64,000 nt of DNA from a bacterium. Its GTDB lineage: Bacteria > UBA8248. The translations under genes and the position numbers were made by a program. Below, in pieces: positions 30,819 to 40,559 of the stretch (its first letter is position 1; every line of letters begins with the position of its first letter). The stretch is taken from contig OY843592.1 of NCBI GenBank assembly GCA_963692865.2, positions 2,176,001 through 2,240,000 on the forward strand. The letters run 5' to 3'. The notes beneath the pieces are model-generated. The model did not search any database, had not been told where the DNA came from, and saw only the letters and a program-made list of their open reading frames with translations.

Positions 30819-31181
30819 TTAGCGGTCATCGCTCAGGTAGCGGCCGAGCATGTCGCGGGAGTGTTCATCCTCGTGGCAATCCACGCACAGATTCTCCCAG
30901 TTGCTCCCGTCGGGCGGATTGTTCTTGTGATCGCCGTCTCGGTGGTGAACCGTCAGGATGTGGAGGTTGTTTTCATCAAAATCCCGGCCGCATTTCGCGC
31001 AGAACCAGCCGTGAATATCGAGCGACTTGCGTCTGTAATCCTGCGCGCTCTTGCCCACGCTCGCCGAGGACTTGAGGCGCGCGGCGACGTCTTTTGCGCT
31101 TTCGCCGGTGGGGGCGGGCGTCCGGGGAGCGCTCCTGCGTCCCGGGCGGCGTCTGTTCGCGCTGAATCTCGTTCTGGCCAT
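30819..31181 (-). CDS. yajD: YajD-family HNH nuclease
   Basis: CAKCGR...LTVHHRDGDH.NNPPDGSNWENLCVDCH..EHSR. Confidence 0.85.
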   Translation of the reverse strand: MARTRFSANRRRPGRRSAPRTPAPTGESAKDVAARLKSSASVGKSAQDYRRKSLDIHGWFCAKCGRDFDENNLHILTVHHRDGDHKNNPPDGSNWENLCVDCHEDEHSRDMLGRYLSDDR

Positions 31182-31312
31182 CGAACCAACCTCCCATCGT
31201 CAAGAGCCATCCTAGCAAATCGCGCTATAATGAGGAAGATCGTGTGGTATTTCCGATATCCTGGTGGGTGGGGAACGCGAGTGAGGGAATGCTTGCGCCG
31301 AGGAGAACCCGG

Positions 31313-31933
31313 ATGCGAAGCTCACGGAGACGCTGGTGGCGATGGTTGATCCTGCTCGTCTTGCTGTCTCCCTTCCTCGGGGTCGGCAGTCTGTACGGGA
31401 TTCGCGCCGTGGAATCCTACGATCCCTTTTGCACGGTCTGCCACCTCCGGGATCACCAGGATTATCTCGACGACGGCGCGCGCGCGGAGAACATGGTCAG
31501 GACGCTGGGCGGGTGGCACAAGAGCGCAGGCGGGGTGAAGTGTATTTCCTGTCACGGGGAGGAGGGCATCACGGGGATGATCCGCACGACGATTTTGGCG
31601 AACAAGGATTTGTATAAATTCATCATCGGCGACTACGAGCAGCCCTCGCGCGTTTTCCACCCCATTCTCGATAAGGACTGCGTGAAGTGTCACGACGAGG
31701 TGCGCCTCCTGGAACTGGACGACGACGCGTTTCACGCCATCTCGGACCACGCGGAACTGAAAGCCGACTGCGTGGGGTGCCATAACGGCCACCGTCCGGG
31801 CGGGGAGCGAGAAAAGGGGTTTATGGTGGCGGCGACGGCGCAGCCGCGCTGTGACGCCTGCCACGATGAACTGGAGCAGAAAGTGGATTTGAAGGACCTG
31901 GAGCCGTTTCCCAAGAAAGAATCTGACAGCTAG
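31313..31933 (+). CDS. Membrane-anchored pentaheme cytochrome c (NapC/NirT-like N-terminus)
   Basis: N-terminal TM helix; CTVCH, CISCH, CVKCH, CVGCH, CDACH. Confidence 0.85.
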   Translation: MRSSRRRWWRWLILLVLLSPFLGVGSLYGIRAVESYDPFCTVCHLRDHQDYLDDGARAENMVRTLGGWHKSAGGVKCISCHGEEGITGMIRTTILANKDLYKFIIGDYEQPSRVFHPILDKDCVKCHDEVRLLELDDDAFHAISDHAELKADCVGCHNGHRPGGEREKGFMVAATAQPRCDACHDELEQKVDLKDLEPFPKKESDS

Positions 31934-32009
31934 GGGCGTGCTTTCCTCGGATTTCACCCGCCGCGTGATTCCCGATATGGAGCGGATTCCCTGAAAGGAC
32001 AGGCAGGAA

Positions 32010-32885
32010 TTGCGATTCTTCGTTTTGGTCTTCACCGTCACTCTTCTCTGGGGTCTGAGCTTCCCGGCGGCCAAGATAGGCCTGCGAGGCGTGGAGCCTT
32101 TCACGTTCCTCTGGCTGAGGGGCATCATCTCCTCGGCCAGCGTTTTTCTGATCATGTTCGCCCGAAAAATGCCGGTTTTGCCGCCGCGGCCGTCTTGGCG
32201 GGGGGAGAGCCGCGATTTCTGGATCAACGCCTGCCTGCACAACCTGATGTTCATCACCTATTACCACGGCGTGGACCACACCACGGCCGGGCGCGCCTCG
32301 TTGTTCCTCTACTCCCAGCCACTGCTCCTGACGGCGCTTGCGGCGTGGATTCTGCCGCACGAGAGGGTGGGCGTTCGCGCGGTTTCGGGCTTCATCGCCG
32401 CGAGCCTGGGCATGGTGTTCCTCTTCGGCGACAGGCTCTCCTCGGCGGGCGGCTCCACCTGGTACGGGGACGCTATCGTCGTCCTGGCGGCCGTGATATG
32501 GGCGGTGCAGTCGGTCTTCCTGAAAATGAGGTTGAGGAGCTTCGACGCCTTCAGAATCACGGCCTGGACCCAGATTCTCGCCGTGCTCCCGTTTTTCATC
32601 ATGGCCTCGTTTCTGGGCGAGCCCTGGCCCGATCTCACCGACGCCAACGTGCTCACCGGCGTGGGCTACAGCGGCCTGATCGGCACGGGACTCGCCATGA
32701 TCCCCTGGCTGTGGCTGCTGACGGACTACCCGGCGAGCCGCGTGGGCGTGTTCATGTTCCTGACGCCCGTGTTCGGGGTCCTGACGGGCGCCTTGCTGCT
32801 CGCGGAGCCTCTCACGCTCTTTATGCTCGGGGGGGCGGTTCTCATCTCATCGGGCATCTGCCTCGTTAATTCAGAATCAAGATGA
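32010..32885 (+). CDS. DMT/EamA family transporter
   Basis: LLWG..F, about 10 TM helices, FLTPVFGV..G..LLAE. Confidence 0.88.
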   Translation: MRFFVLVFTVTLLWGLSFPAAKIGLRGVEPFTFLWLRGIISSASVFLIMFARKMPVLPPRPSWRGESRDFWINACLHNLMFITYYHGVDHTTAGRASLFLYSQPLLLTALAAWILPHERVGVRAVSGFIAASLGMVFLFGDRLSSAGGSTWYGDAIVVLAAVIWAVQSVFLKMRLRSFDAFRITAWTQILAVLPFFIMASFLGEPWPDLTDANVLTGVGYSGLIGTGLAMIPWLWLLTDYPASRVGVFMFLTPVFGVLTGALLLAEPLTLFMLGGAVLISSGICLVNSESR

Positions 32886-32961
32886 GGATTCGTATAACTT
32901 TATATATCAGCTAGTTATGGGTTGTATTCAAGGTTGAATCTGAGGTTAAGTTATTTGCTTT

Positions 32962-33188
32962 AATTTATCGAAAAACGTCGTGAATTTATCCAATTTTATC
33001 GGTATTTACAGGAATTCGAAGCCGGGATTTTCATTCCGCTTACAGGACGCTCCGTCGTCTCGACGCCCTCCCGCCGTTTCGTTTTTGCCGCGCCGTCCGG
33101 ATTCATCTCCATGAGAACGTCCCTCCTCGCGGGAGATTCTGGCATATCCCGGGAAAACGGGAACAGCCGCAAATGCGGGCAAATGCGG
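32962..33188 (-). repeat. Inverted copy of the 27607-27832 element (ORF 32996-33112)
   Basis: MEMNPDGAAKTKRREGVETTERP versus MEMNPDGAAKAERREGVEATERP. Confidence 0.85.
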
Positions 33189-33282
33189 GGACGACCGGGG
33201 CGGGCCGTGCGCTCGGAAGTCTCGATGTGGTAGCGTAGCGAAACGCAGATCTTGCGCACCTGCCCATAAGAGGGGATGAGGC

Positions 33283-34125
33283 ATGCCGACCATCGACGCC
33301 CAGGTCCACGCCTATGAGAGGAACCACCCGGGGCGGCCGTGGGCGGGCGTTCTGCCGGGGCCGCCCGAGGTCACCGGCGACGACATGGCCGCGGCCATGG
33401 ATGCGGTCGGCGTGGACGCCGCCGTGCTGATCTCGCCGTTCGCCCTGTACCGCTACGACGCCGCCTACGCGCTCGAGGTGCGCGCCGCGCATCCGGACCG
33501 GTTCGCCCTGATCAAGCCGGTCGACCCGACCGATCCCGCCGTGGGGGAGGCGATAGCCGAGTGGGCCGCCCTGGAGGGGGTGGTGGGGGTCCGCGTCATG
33601 CTGAACCCGGGCCCCGGCCTCGATCCGGCCCATCCGGGGATCGACCGCGTTCTCGCCGCCGCCGCCCGCGCCTCGCTGCCGGTGAATCTCATGTGCTGGG
33701 GCCTGCTGGAGCACGCCGCGCGGTATGCGCGCGCGCACCCGGACGCGATGCTGGTGATCGATCACTTGGGCCTCGAGCAGCCCTTCCACCCGCCTGCGCC
33801 GCCCGAGCCCTTCGCCGACCTCCCCAGGCTCCTGGCTCTGGCGGCGCACGACAACGTCGCCGTCAAGATCACCGGCGCCTGCACGCTGTCTCACGAACCC
33901 TACCCCTACGACGATATCTGGGATCCGCTCCGCCGCGTGTTCGACGCGTTCGGCATCGAGCGGTGCATGTGGGGCACCGACTGGACCCGCGCGGTCAATC
34001 TGCTGACCTGCGAGCAGGGCGTGGCGCCGTTCCGCCTCACGGACCGCCTGACGGACGAGGAGCGCGCGACGCTCATGGGAGGCGCCCTGCAGCGGATATA
34101 CGACTGGACGCCGGGTGTCGGGTAA
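33283..34125 (+). CDS. Amidohydrolase_2 family (lactonase-like)
   Basis: IDAQVH, IDHLG, RCMWGTDW. Confidence 0.88.
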   Translation: MPTIDAQVHAYERNHPGRPWAGVLPGPPEVTGDDMAAAMDAVGVDAAVLISPFALYRYDAAYALEVRAAHPDRFALIKPVDPTDPAVGEAIAEWAALEGVVGVRVMLNPGPGLDPAHPGIDRVLAAAARASLPVNLMCWGLLEHAARYARAHPDAMLVIDHLGLEQPFHPPAPPEPFADLPRLLALAAHDNVAVKITGACTLSHEPYPYDDIWDPLRRVFDAFGIERCMWGTDWTRAVNLLTCEQGVAPFRLTDRLTDEERATLMGGALQRIYDWTPGVG

Positions 34126-34139
34126 GAGGCGGCCCCTGC

Positions 34140-35230
34140 CCAGCATCGCGCAACCTGTAGCCGTAGGGGCGACCCCCTGTGGTCGCCCGTCCGTCGTTTT
34201 TGATCGTCATTCCGGCGTCGGAGCCTCCCTCCCTGGGGCTGTTGAAAAAGCCCGATGCGGCGCAATCCCCCTCCTCGTTCTGCGCGGCCCGCCGCTCCGC
34301 CTCACCCTGAGTAGCGGCGAAGCCGCGTATCGAAGGGCGAAATGCGCTCCCCATCCTTCGATACGGCGCTTACGCGCCTACTCAGGATGAGGATTTGGGG
34401 GCGCCGGGATGAGGGTGTCAAAGGCGCCCGCTCCCAGTACCGGGTTTTTCAACAGCCCCAAGGCGGGAGGGTTCGACGGAATCCAGGGAATTCCGAAATA
34501 TCCCGCGCAGGGGCCGCATGTGGGGTTGTTGGAAAAGCTCTGAATTTTAGATTTGTCGTATGTAACCAACCGACGAGAGAGAAAAACCACTCCCCCCTTG
34601 AGGGTCGGTCTCCCTCGGGGGAAGACCGACGGTGAGGTGAGGGGGTTTTTCTCCCGAAACCGAACCGGTGGGGGGAGCTTTTCATTTAGAACCGTCCCCC
34701 CCCGCCACATCGGCCTTCGCGCAAACCGCTCGGCCTCTGTCGGGCTTCCCCCTCAGGAAGCCCGACCCCCGCAAGGGGCTGTTGAAAAAGTCCCGCAATT
34801 GCCGGAATGACGGCGACGGGACGCTGCCTTCCCGAAGGGTGTGTAGGTCAGACATATATGTCTGACATATCATGCGACCCGGATTTTCATGCCTCCTGCG
34901 AACGGGCCGCATGATATGCGGCCCCTACAAACCCCTCTGCTTTTCTCCTGCACGGCTTTTTCAACAACCCCCTCAAGGGGGGAGTGAACTTCAAAAGCGT
35001 GCGCGCAACCCAAGATCACTTCCCGGAGGTTTTTCAACAGCCCCATGTATGCAACCCGTGTATTGACGGCGAAAGAGCGGGGCCGCATGCCACGAGCCGG
35101 ACGGGTCGCATACATACCGGCTCCTGCGCCAGGCTTATGACCAAAACGACGGGCGGGGTGAGGACGTGGAAGAAACGAAAAGGCAAAGTCAAAATGGATT
35201 CCGGCGTTCGCCGGAATGACGGCGGTGTGG
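34140..35230. repeat. Large composite repeat cluster (several TIR MITEs, CCTGAGTAG..TCGAAGG hairpins, CCCTTGAGGG element, CGTC hairpins)
   Basis: All motif classes are present; no credible CDS. Confidence 0.85.
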
Positions 35231-35364
35231 TTCTGTTACGGTGAATGCGAGATGGATTCGCCTGTAAGGGCGGATACTTAAGCTCGCCCCTGCGATAAAA
35301 CCGCAAACCCTCCCTCACCAGTCGGAAAAATCTGCAAACGCTCGCTCCTCGCTCGCGTTTGACC

Positions 35365-36393
35365 TCACGAATCGATCAGAACCGGCGCGCGGCCGACCAC
35401 TTTGTTCTCCGAGAGGTCGGCCAGCGCCCGCTCCACCTCGGCCAGGGGATACGTCCCCGAAACGATGGGCTTCACCCGGCCCGCGCCGACCCAGGCGGCG
35501 GCCTCGGCCAACTCCGCGTGGTTCACGTAACGCGAACCGGTTACCGTAATCTCGTCGTTCACGAAGCGGGTGGGGTCGCTCGCGAAGACCGCTCCCGGTT
35601 GAAAGCCCACCACGACGAGCGCGCCCGTCCGCGCGAGCGAGGCGAAGCTTTTGGGCAGCGTCTGCTCCGTGCCCACGAACTCCAGCACGGCGTCCGCTCC
35701 CTTGCCGCCGGTGACTTCGAGCGCGGCCTCGGCGAAATCCTCCTTCAGGCCGTTCACCGCGTGGTCCGCGCCCAGCTCCCGCGCGCGGGCGAGCTTGGCG
35801 TCGTCCACGTCCACCGCGATGACGCGCGCGCCGAAGGCCTTGGCGATCTGGACGGCGTGAATCCCCACGCCGCCGCAGGCGCCGACGACCACCACGTCGT
35901 CCCCCGGACGCACGCCCGCGCGCGTCTTGACGGCCTTGAGCGGGGTCGCCACCGGGCTAACGATGGTCGTGGCTTCGGCGTAGCCCACGCCTTCGGGGAT
36001 GGCGCACAGGTTCCCCGCCGGGACCCGCGCGTACTCGGCGTAGCCGCCGTCCTGGTGCGCACCTAAGTAGCCCCCGAAATTCTCGCACAGCGTCACCCGG
36101 CCGAGCCCGCAGAACCGGCACCGCCCGCAGGTGAGATAGGCGTGGACGACGGCGCGGTCGCCCTCGGCCCAGCCCTCGACGCCCGGCCCGAGCGCCGCCA
36201 CCTCGCCCGCGATCTCGTGTCCCATGATGAGGGGGAGCTTTCCGCCGACCCGGCCCGCGCGGATGGTCACGTCGAACTGATCCGGCGCGCAGGCGCGCAC
36301 GCGCAACACGACCTCCCCGTGGCCCGGCGCCGGGTCGGGCACGGTTTCGAGCGTCAGGGGGCCTCCCCATTCATGCAGCACCATGGCCCGCAT
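35365..36393 (-). CDS. Zinc-dependent alcohol dehydrogenase (MDR)
   Basis: GHEIAG, CGRCRFC...C, GACGGVG. Confidence 0.92.
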   Translation of the reverse strand: MRAMVLHEWGGPLTLETVPDPAPGHGEVVLRVRACAPDQFDVTIRAGRVGGKLPLIMGHEIAGEVAALGPGVEGWAEGDRAVVHAYLTCGRCRFCGLGRVTLCENFGGYLGAHQDGGYAEYARVPAGNLCAIPEGVGYAEATTIVSPVATPLKAVKTRAGVRPGDDVVVVGACGGVGIHAVQIAKAFGARVIAVDVDDAKLARARELGADHAVNGLKEDFAEAALEVTGGKGADAVLEFVGTEQTLPKSFASLARTGALVVVGFQPGAVFASDPTRFVNDEITVTGSRYVNHAELAEAAAWVGAGRVKPIVSGTYPLAEVERALADLSENKVVGRAPVLIDS

Positions 36394-36530
36394 CGCAGCC
36401 TCCTTTTCGTCGGACGATATGGCCCGAAATACGTCCCATCCTCTCCTGTCGATGATTCCGGGGGAGGGGGGAATTTCAGGAGTATAGTACTATTTTCTCG
36501 ATGATCGGCCCGGGCGGCCGGAAACGAAGA

Positions 36531-37487
36531 TCACCTCGCCAGTTCATCCAGCTTCGGGCCGAAGACGCGCTTGAAGTCCTCGAGCTTACCAATCATCCAG
36601 TTTCTGATTTCATCCAGCGCCTCTTCGTCGTCGATGCTGCCCTGGCGCTGCGCCGAAATGCGGCTCGCCGTTTTATCGTCCAGCCGCTGCCATACGAGCG
36701 ACTCCTTGAGTTCGGTTTCGATGGCCTCTTTTTGCTCTTCGATCTGGTCGAACAACTCCTTATTCCACTCCTGGTCCGTATGGCGGATGTAGACTTCGAC
36801 TCTGGCCGTGTTCTGGTGGCCGAAGACGGCGCCGTATAGAACGCGCTGCGCGTGTCCCGCCGAAAAGGAGAGCCAGCTTTGGGCTCGCGCCTGGCGCGCA
36901 TTCGTGAATCCCCGCTCCGTGAGCGCGTCTGCGAGTTTCTGGAAAAACGCCTCGTAACGCTGGTTCCTCTCCGACTTATTCGCATCCCGGACTTTGCTCT
37001 TGATTTCCTTACCCCATTCGTTGGGTGAAGCGACCACATTGAAGTGCGGCGCGGGGAGCGAATCGCCGATCTTCCACAACTCGACCGCCACGCCGAAGAA
37101 TTCCGTTTCTTCGTCAGTGTGCCGGTTGAGCCAGTCGATGGCTTGCCTGTGCTCGTCTCTGAAGTGCTTCGCAACCCAGACAATCACGTTCGCGTCGGAG
37201 CCGCCCGCGTATGTGAGCAGCTTGCCCAAATGGTCATGATTCGTCGACTCCAGTTGGTTCTCGATGATCACCGTGTGGTCCGTTACCGACTCGCGGGCCA
37301 GTAAATCCAGTGAAAACGAGCCGACCGGCGCTTCCTGCTCTTGCAGTTCGAGTTCCAGCCCCAGGGCGTCGCCGAGTTCCGATATGTGCTCCGCGAGCCA
37401 GGGCGTGAAGTCGTTTGCCTCATGCGGCCAGGCCTCCCGGAGGTCGTCAATCCTTTCGATGTGTCCGAGCTCTGCGGTTTCCGTCAT
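36531..37487 (-). CDS. NucS/EndoMS-like PD-(D/E)XK plus DUF4268 domain protein
   Basis: EANDFTPWL, LDLLA..VIIENQL...HDHLGKLLTY; C-terminal DUF4268-like region. Confidence 0.75.
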   Translation of the reverse strand: MTETAELGHIERIDDLREAWPHEANDFTPWLAEHISELGDALGLELELQEQEAPVGSFSLDLLARESVTDHTVIIENQLESTNHDHLGKLLTYAGGSDANVIVWVAKHFRDEHRQAIDWLNRHTDEETEFFGVAVELWKIGDSLPAPHFNVVASPNEWGKEIKSKVRDANKSERNQRYEAFFQKLADALTERGFTNARQARAQSWLSFSAGHAQRVLYGAVFGHQNTARVEVYIRHTDQEWNKELFDQIEEQKEAIETELKESLVWQRLDDKTASRISAQRQGSIDDEEALDEIRNWMIGKLEDFKRVFGPKLDELAR

Positions 37488-37530
37488 GCTGTTTTCCTCT
37501 CGTTTGGTTTCTTGCTGTCCGTTGCCTCGC

Positions 37531-38007
37531 TCATTTCAGGCACTGCCGGCAGAGTTCAAGCACGGGGACGCCCATAGAGGATATGAAAGCGGCGTGTTCC
37601 GACCAGTGCGAGTCAGTTGCGTTCACGACTCGCCCGTTTCCAGCCTTTGCGACGGCCAGGAATTTCCTATCATCCCGGTCAAAATCATTTGGAGGAAGGT
37701 TCGCGAATCCACCGTCCGCATCCGATGTTTCTTGAATCGGTACGCGGATGATACTGTTTTCCGACCATTGATGGTCATGCAGGAACTTGAAAAACATATC
37801 TCCAACGCCGGGGGCTCCGCTGTAACTGCAATAGCCCTCATATTCATCCATTATGAAATTAGATGAATCGAGAAGTACGATGCGTTTCCCTTTAGCTGCT
37901 CTCTCCAACGTCTCGATACACGCGAGTTCGCATTCGGGATCGGCCTGTTCACTGTTCCCATTCGCCACTATCAAGACGTTCGTATCAACGACAACCCTGT
38001 CCGTCAT
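37531..38007 (-). CDS. PIN-like nuclease
   Basis: VVVDTNVL, EY, DRDDRKFLAVA, NATDS; ATGA overlap with the ATPase stop. Confidence 0.75.
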   Translation of the reverse strand: MTDRVVVDTNVLIVANGNSEQADPECELACIETLERAAKGKRIVLLDSSNFIMDEYEGYCSYSGAPGVGDMFFKFLHDHQWSENSIIRVPIQETSDADGGFANLPPNDFDRDDRKFLAVAKAGNGRVVNATDSHWSEHAAFISSMGVPVLELCRQCLK

Positions 38008-39410
38008 TCCTCGACTTTCATCTTGCGTTTGATAGCGGCTTTTCTGGTCGCAGCGATTTCCTCCATCTCATCGCCGAAGAAATGATCGGGCCAGTTCTCG
38101 ATTTCTCCGTACTCGTTCAGGCCGATGTCCGTCAGGCGGGCTTCGCCGTTTTCCTGCGAGACGAAATAGAGCTTCACCAGGTCCGCCTGTATGGTTTCGT
38201 CCGCCACGCGCCGCTGGAGGCGACGCAGCAGGTGTTCGCTGTGGCTCTCGACGATCACCTGCAAATCCCGCGTTTCGGCGATCTCGACGATGGCGTCCGC
38301 CAATCTACTCTGCACCTCAGGATGCAGGTGAATTTCCGGTTGTTCGAGAATGACAGTGGAGCGTTCAGGGACATGGCTCATTAGAACGATGGCTGGCAGA
38401 ACCTGGGATACGCCGAAGCCCACATCCGGCAAAAGCGCTTCCGGGCTTTCCTCGTCCACCGATACTTTGGCCTGGTAGATGTTGGAACCCTTGGCGATTT
38501 CGGCGACCGAGAAGGAATGGATGAGTCCCATTTTCTTAAGCCTAGTCGCGACGGCTTCCTGGAAGGAGAGTTTTTTGCCTCTTTTCTTCACTTGATAGGT
38601 TTTTCCCTTCTCCGGTGCGGCGAGGATGGCGCTGATCGTCAATTCGCCCCGCGGCCCTACGTCATAAGGGCTGCCTCCGCTCCAGTTGTATTCCCGTTGT
38701 GGATAGTCCCGAAGTGGACCGAGATAGAAAACCCTGTCCATCAGTTTTTCATAATCGGCCTCCATATCTCTCTTCGGATTTCGCCGTTCTGATGACATTT
38801 GGAGCATGGCTTGGAAAGGAAACAGATGGGTCTTGATGGGGCCGTCGTCGAGGTCTCCGTGTCGCCGGGACACATCGCCCGACGGGATTTTTCTCTTCGT
38901 CTCGACAAAACGAAAGCTACTCTCCTGCTCGGGATTCGGATCGATGCCGAAAGTAGTTTCTTCTCCCGAATCTTTGTCTATGATGGTGTAAGATATGGAC
39001 TGCGTTTTTATGGACTTGGACTCCTCGGGATTCGCCATTTCCACCACGGATTGTATGGACACTTCTTTGTATTCGAATTGAATCTCATCTTCGTCAGTGT
39101 GAGAGTCGGATGGGAGCCAGGGCCTTTCGAGTCCATTCCAGGACAACTCCCATTCCAGTTTCAGGCTTTTGTCGTTTCGGTGGATGACGTCGCCGAAGCC
39201 GCCCAGGTTGATCACGCCGCCGGATTTTCCGAAATCGAGAACCATGTTTCGATCCGGGTTGTTCTTTGTCTCCTTCAGCATGAGGAGGAACTGGATCAGG
39301 CTGCTCTTGCCCGAACTGTTGGTCCCGAACAGACCGGTGATCCTCGGGCCGAGCTCGATGTCGAGCTCGCGCCACGCCTTGAAATTCTTGAGGTTGACGT
39401 GCCGGATCAT
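38004..39410 (-). CDS. ABC/AAA_21-type ATPase with DUF3696-like C-terminus
   Basis: LKNFKAW, Walker A GTNSSGKS, GFGVSQ signature, EQPEIHLHP, ESHSEH, NWP..FF. Confidence 0.85.
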   Translation of the reverse strand: MIRHVNLKNFKAWRELDIELGPRITGLFGTNSSGKSSLIQFLLMLKETKNNPDRNMVLDFGKSGGVINLGGFGDVIHRNDKSLKLEWELSWNGLERPWLPSDSHTDEDEIQFEYKEVSIQSVVEMANPEESKSIKTQSISYTIIDKDSGEETTFGIDPNPEQESSFRFVETKRKIPSGDVSRRHGDLDDGPIKTHLFPFQAMLQMSSERRNPKRDMEADYEKLMDRVFYLGPLRDYPQREYNWSGGSPYDVGPRGELTISAILAAPEKGKTYQVKKRGKKLSFQEAVATRLKKMGLIHSFSVAEIAKGSNIYQAKVSVDEESPEALLPDVGFGVSQVLPAIVLMSHVPERSTVILEQPEIHLHPEVQSRLADAIVEIAETRDLQVIVESHSEHLLRRLQRRVADETIQADLVKLYFVSQENGEARLTDIGLNEYGEIENWPDHFFGDEMEEIAATRKAAIKRKMKVEE

Positions 39411-39476
39411 CGCAATTTCTCCGAGGCGAACAAGGTGTTTCCGAGATCGGCAGCCTATTTGCCCGATTCGCCCGGA

Positions 39477-39508
39477 ATTATGCGCCACGCATGAAACCCC
39501 GTCAAAAC
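39477..39508 (-). promoter_or_regulatory. Sigma70-type promoter TTGACG-N17-CATAAT, copy 1
   Basis: Consensus-like spacing upstream of the ATPase; repeated at 41549-41580. Confidence 0.75.
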
Positions 39509-39606
39509 CTTCCTTAACCCTTCTTGAACTCTATATCGCCATCCGGGAGGCGTTGCCTGCGGAAAAAGAGGAGGCGCTGACAGACAGGCGAGGGATGCGG
39601 CGGCGA

Positions 39607-39686
39607 AGACCGAAAATCACCGGCCTTGGACCGAAGACGCGCTTGAAGTCCGTGAGTTTACTGATATTCCAAATGAAAACTCATCC
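39607..39686 (-). pseudogene. Remnant of the DUF4268 gene 3' end
   Basis: ccgaagacgcgcttgaagtcc (DFKRVFG) shared with about 36521-36615. Confidence 0.7.
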
Positions 39687-40559
39687 GAACGGTTCGAGTT
39701 TGTTTTTGAGGTCCCGTTCGAAAGCCTCGCGGCGAATGGTCTCGGCGGCGAGGAGCTTTTTGTGCGTATCCTCCAGCGTGAGGACCTCCCAGTGTCCCCG
39801 TGAGAGTCGGTAGCGGCCCTCGGCGTCGTGGATGAGTTCCGGGACCAGCCAGATGACGTCGCCGTCATTGAGATCGTGATTTGGATCGCGGCTCGGACCT
39901 CCGATGGACTCGAAGAATGGCCGATCCACCGCGACGGCTATTTTCGATCCCCAACGTCTGAGAGTCGGAACCTTGATTTGTAGCTGCGGCATGAGGCGCT
40001 TCGCGCTCGAAGAGCGCCAGTCCGGCCTGCGCACCGCGTCGGGAAACGGCGGTATCGGATGGGCGTCATCGCGCAAATTCAAGAATTCGGACTGCATACC
40101 TCTGCCCGAGAAATAAACCGCCTGGATTTCCAGTCCATACCATCTGAGAGCGCTGCCGGACGTTTTGCCGACTACGAGGTCGATCTTCCCAGCGGGTTTG
40201 TTTGTACTCGTTCCGCGCATGAAAGATACCTCGCGGGCCAGCATTGCTTCTTCGGAGGAAAAGCCGACGATCTCCGCCAGCCAATTCACGAGCAGTTGTT
40301 TCTCTTCGAGCCTGATCGGACAAACGATAACCGGCTCGCCTTGGGATAATCCAAGCCGCCCGTCTTCGCCTTTTTCATAACGTTGGAGGGAACACACGCC
40401 GCCCCGCTTCCGGCAAGGCGGCTCGCCCTTTTGGAACGGACATGGCGGGGTTTCGCGTTCCTCTTGCAAGGCAATCTTCGCCAGTCGGCGACGCTCGTCG
40501 GGAGAGAGATTGATGAACGGTCGCCCGTACCATTCCGCGACCCCGTACCGCGCGCTCAA
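39681..40559 (-). CDS. NotI-family restriction endonuclease
   Basis: Cys4 motif CPF..C.K..GVCS...CP.R; ID...LEIQAVY; RPDW.SS.KRL.PQL. Confidence 0.8.
   Translation of the reverse strand: MSARYGVAEWYGRPFINLSPDERRRLAKIALQEERETPPCPFQKGEPPCRKRGGVCSLQRYEKGEDGRLGLSQGEPVIVCPIRLEEKQLLVNWLAEIVGFSSEEAMLAREVSFMRGTSTNKPAGKIDLVVGKTSGSALRWYGLEIQAVYFSGRGMQSEFLNLRDDAHPIPPFPDAVRRPDWRSSSAKRLMPQLQIKVPTLRRWGSKIAVAVDRPFFESIGGPSRDPNHDLNDGDVIWLVPELIHDAEGRYRLSRGHWEVLTLEDTHKKLLAAETIRREAFERDLKNKLEPFG

Noticed and set aside
30819-31181. HNH gene as the mobiliser of the repeats
   Set aside because: Typical housekeeping YajD in an aroA operon; not a RAYT or DDE transposase.
34140-35230. Possible CRISPR array in the repeat clusters
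   Set aside because: No constant repeat with regular unique spacers, mixed orientations, and no cas genes.
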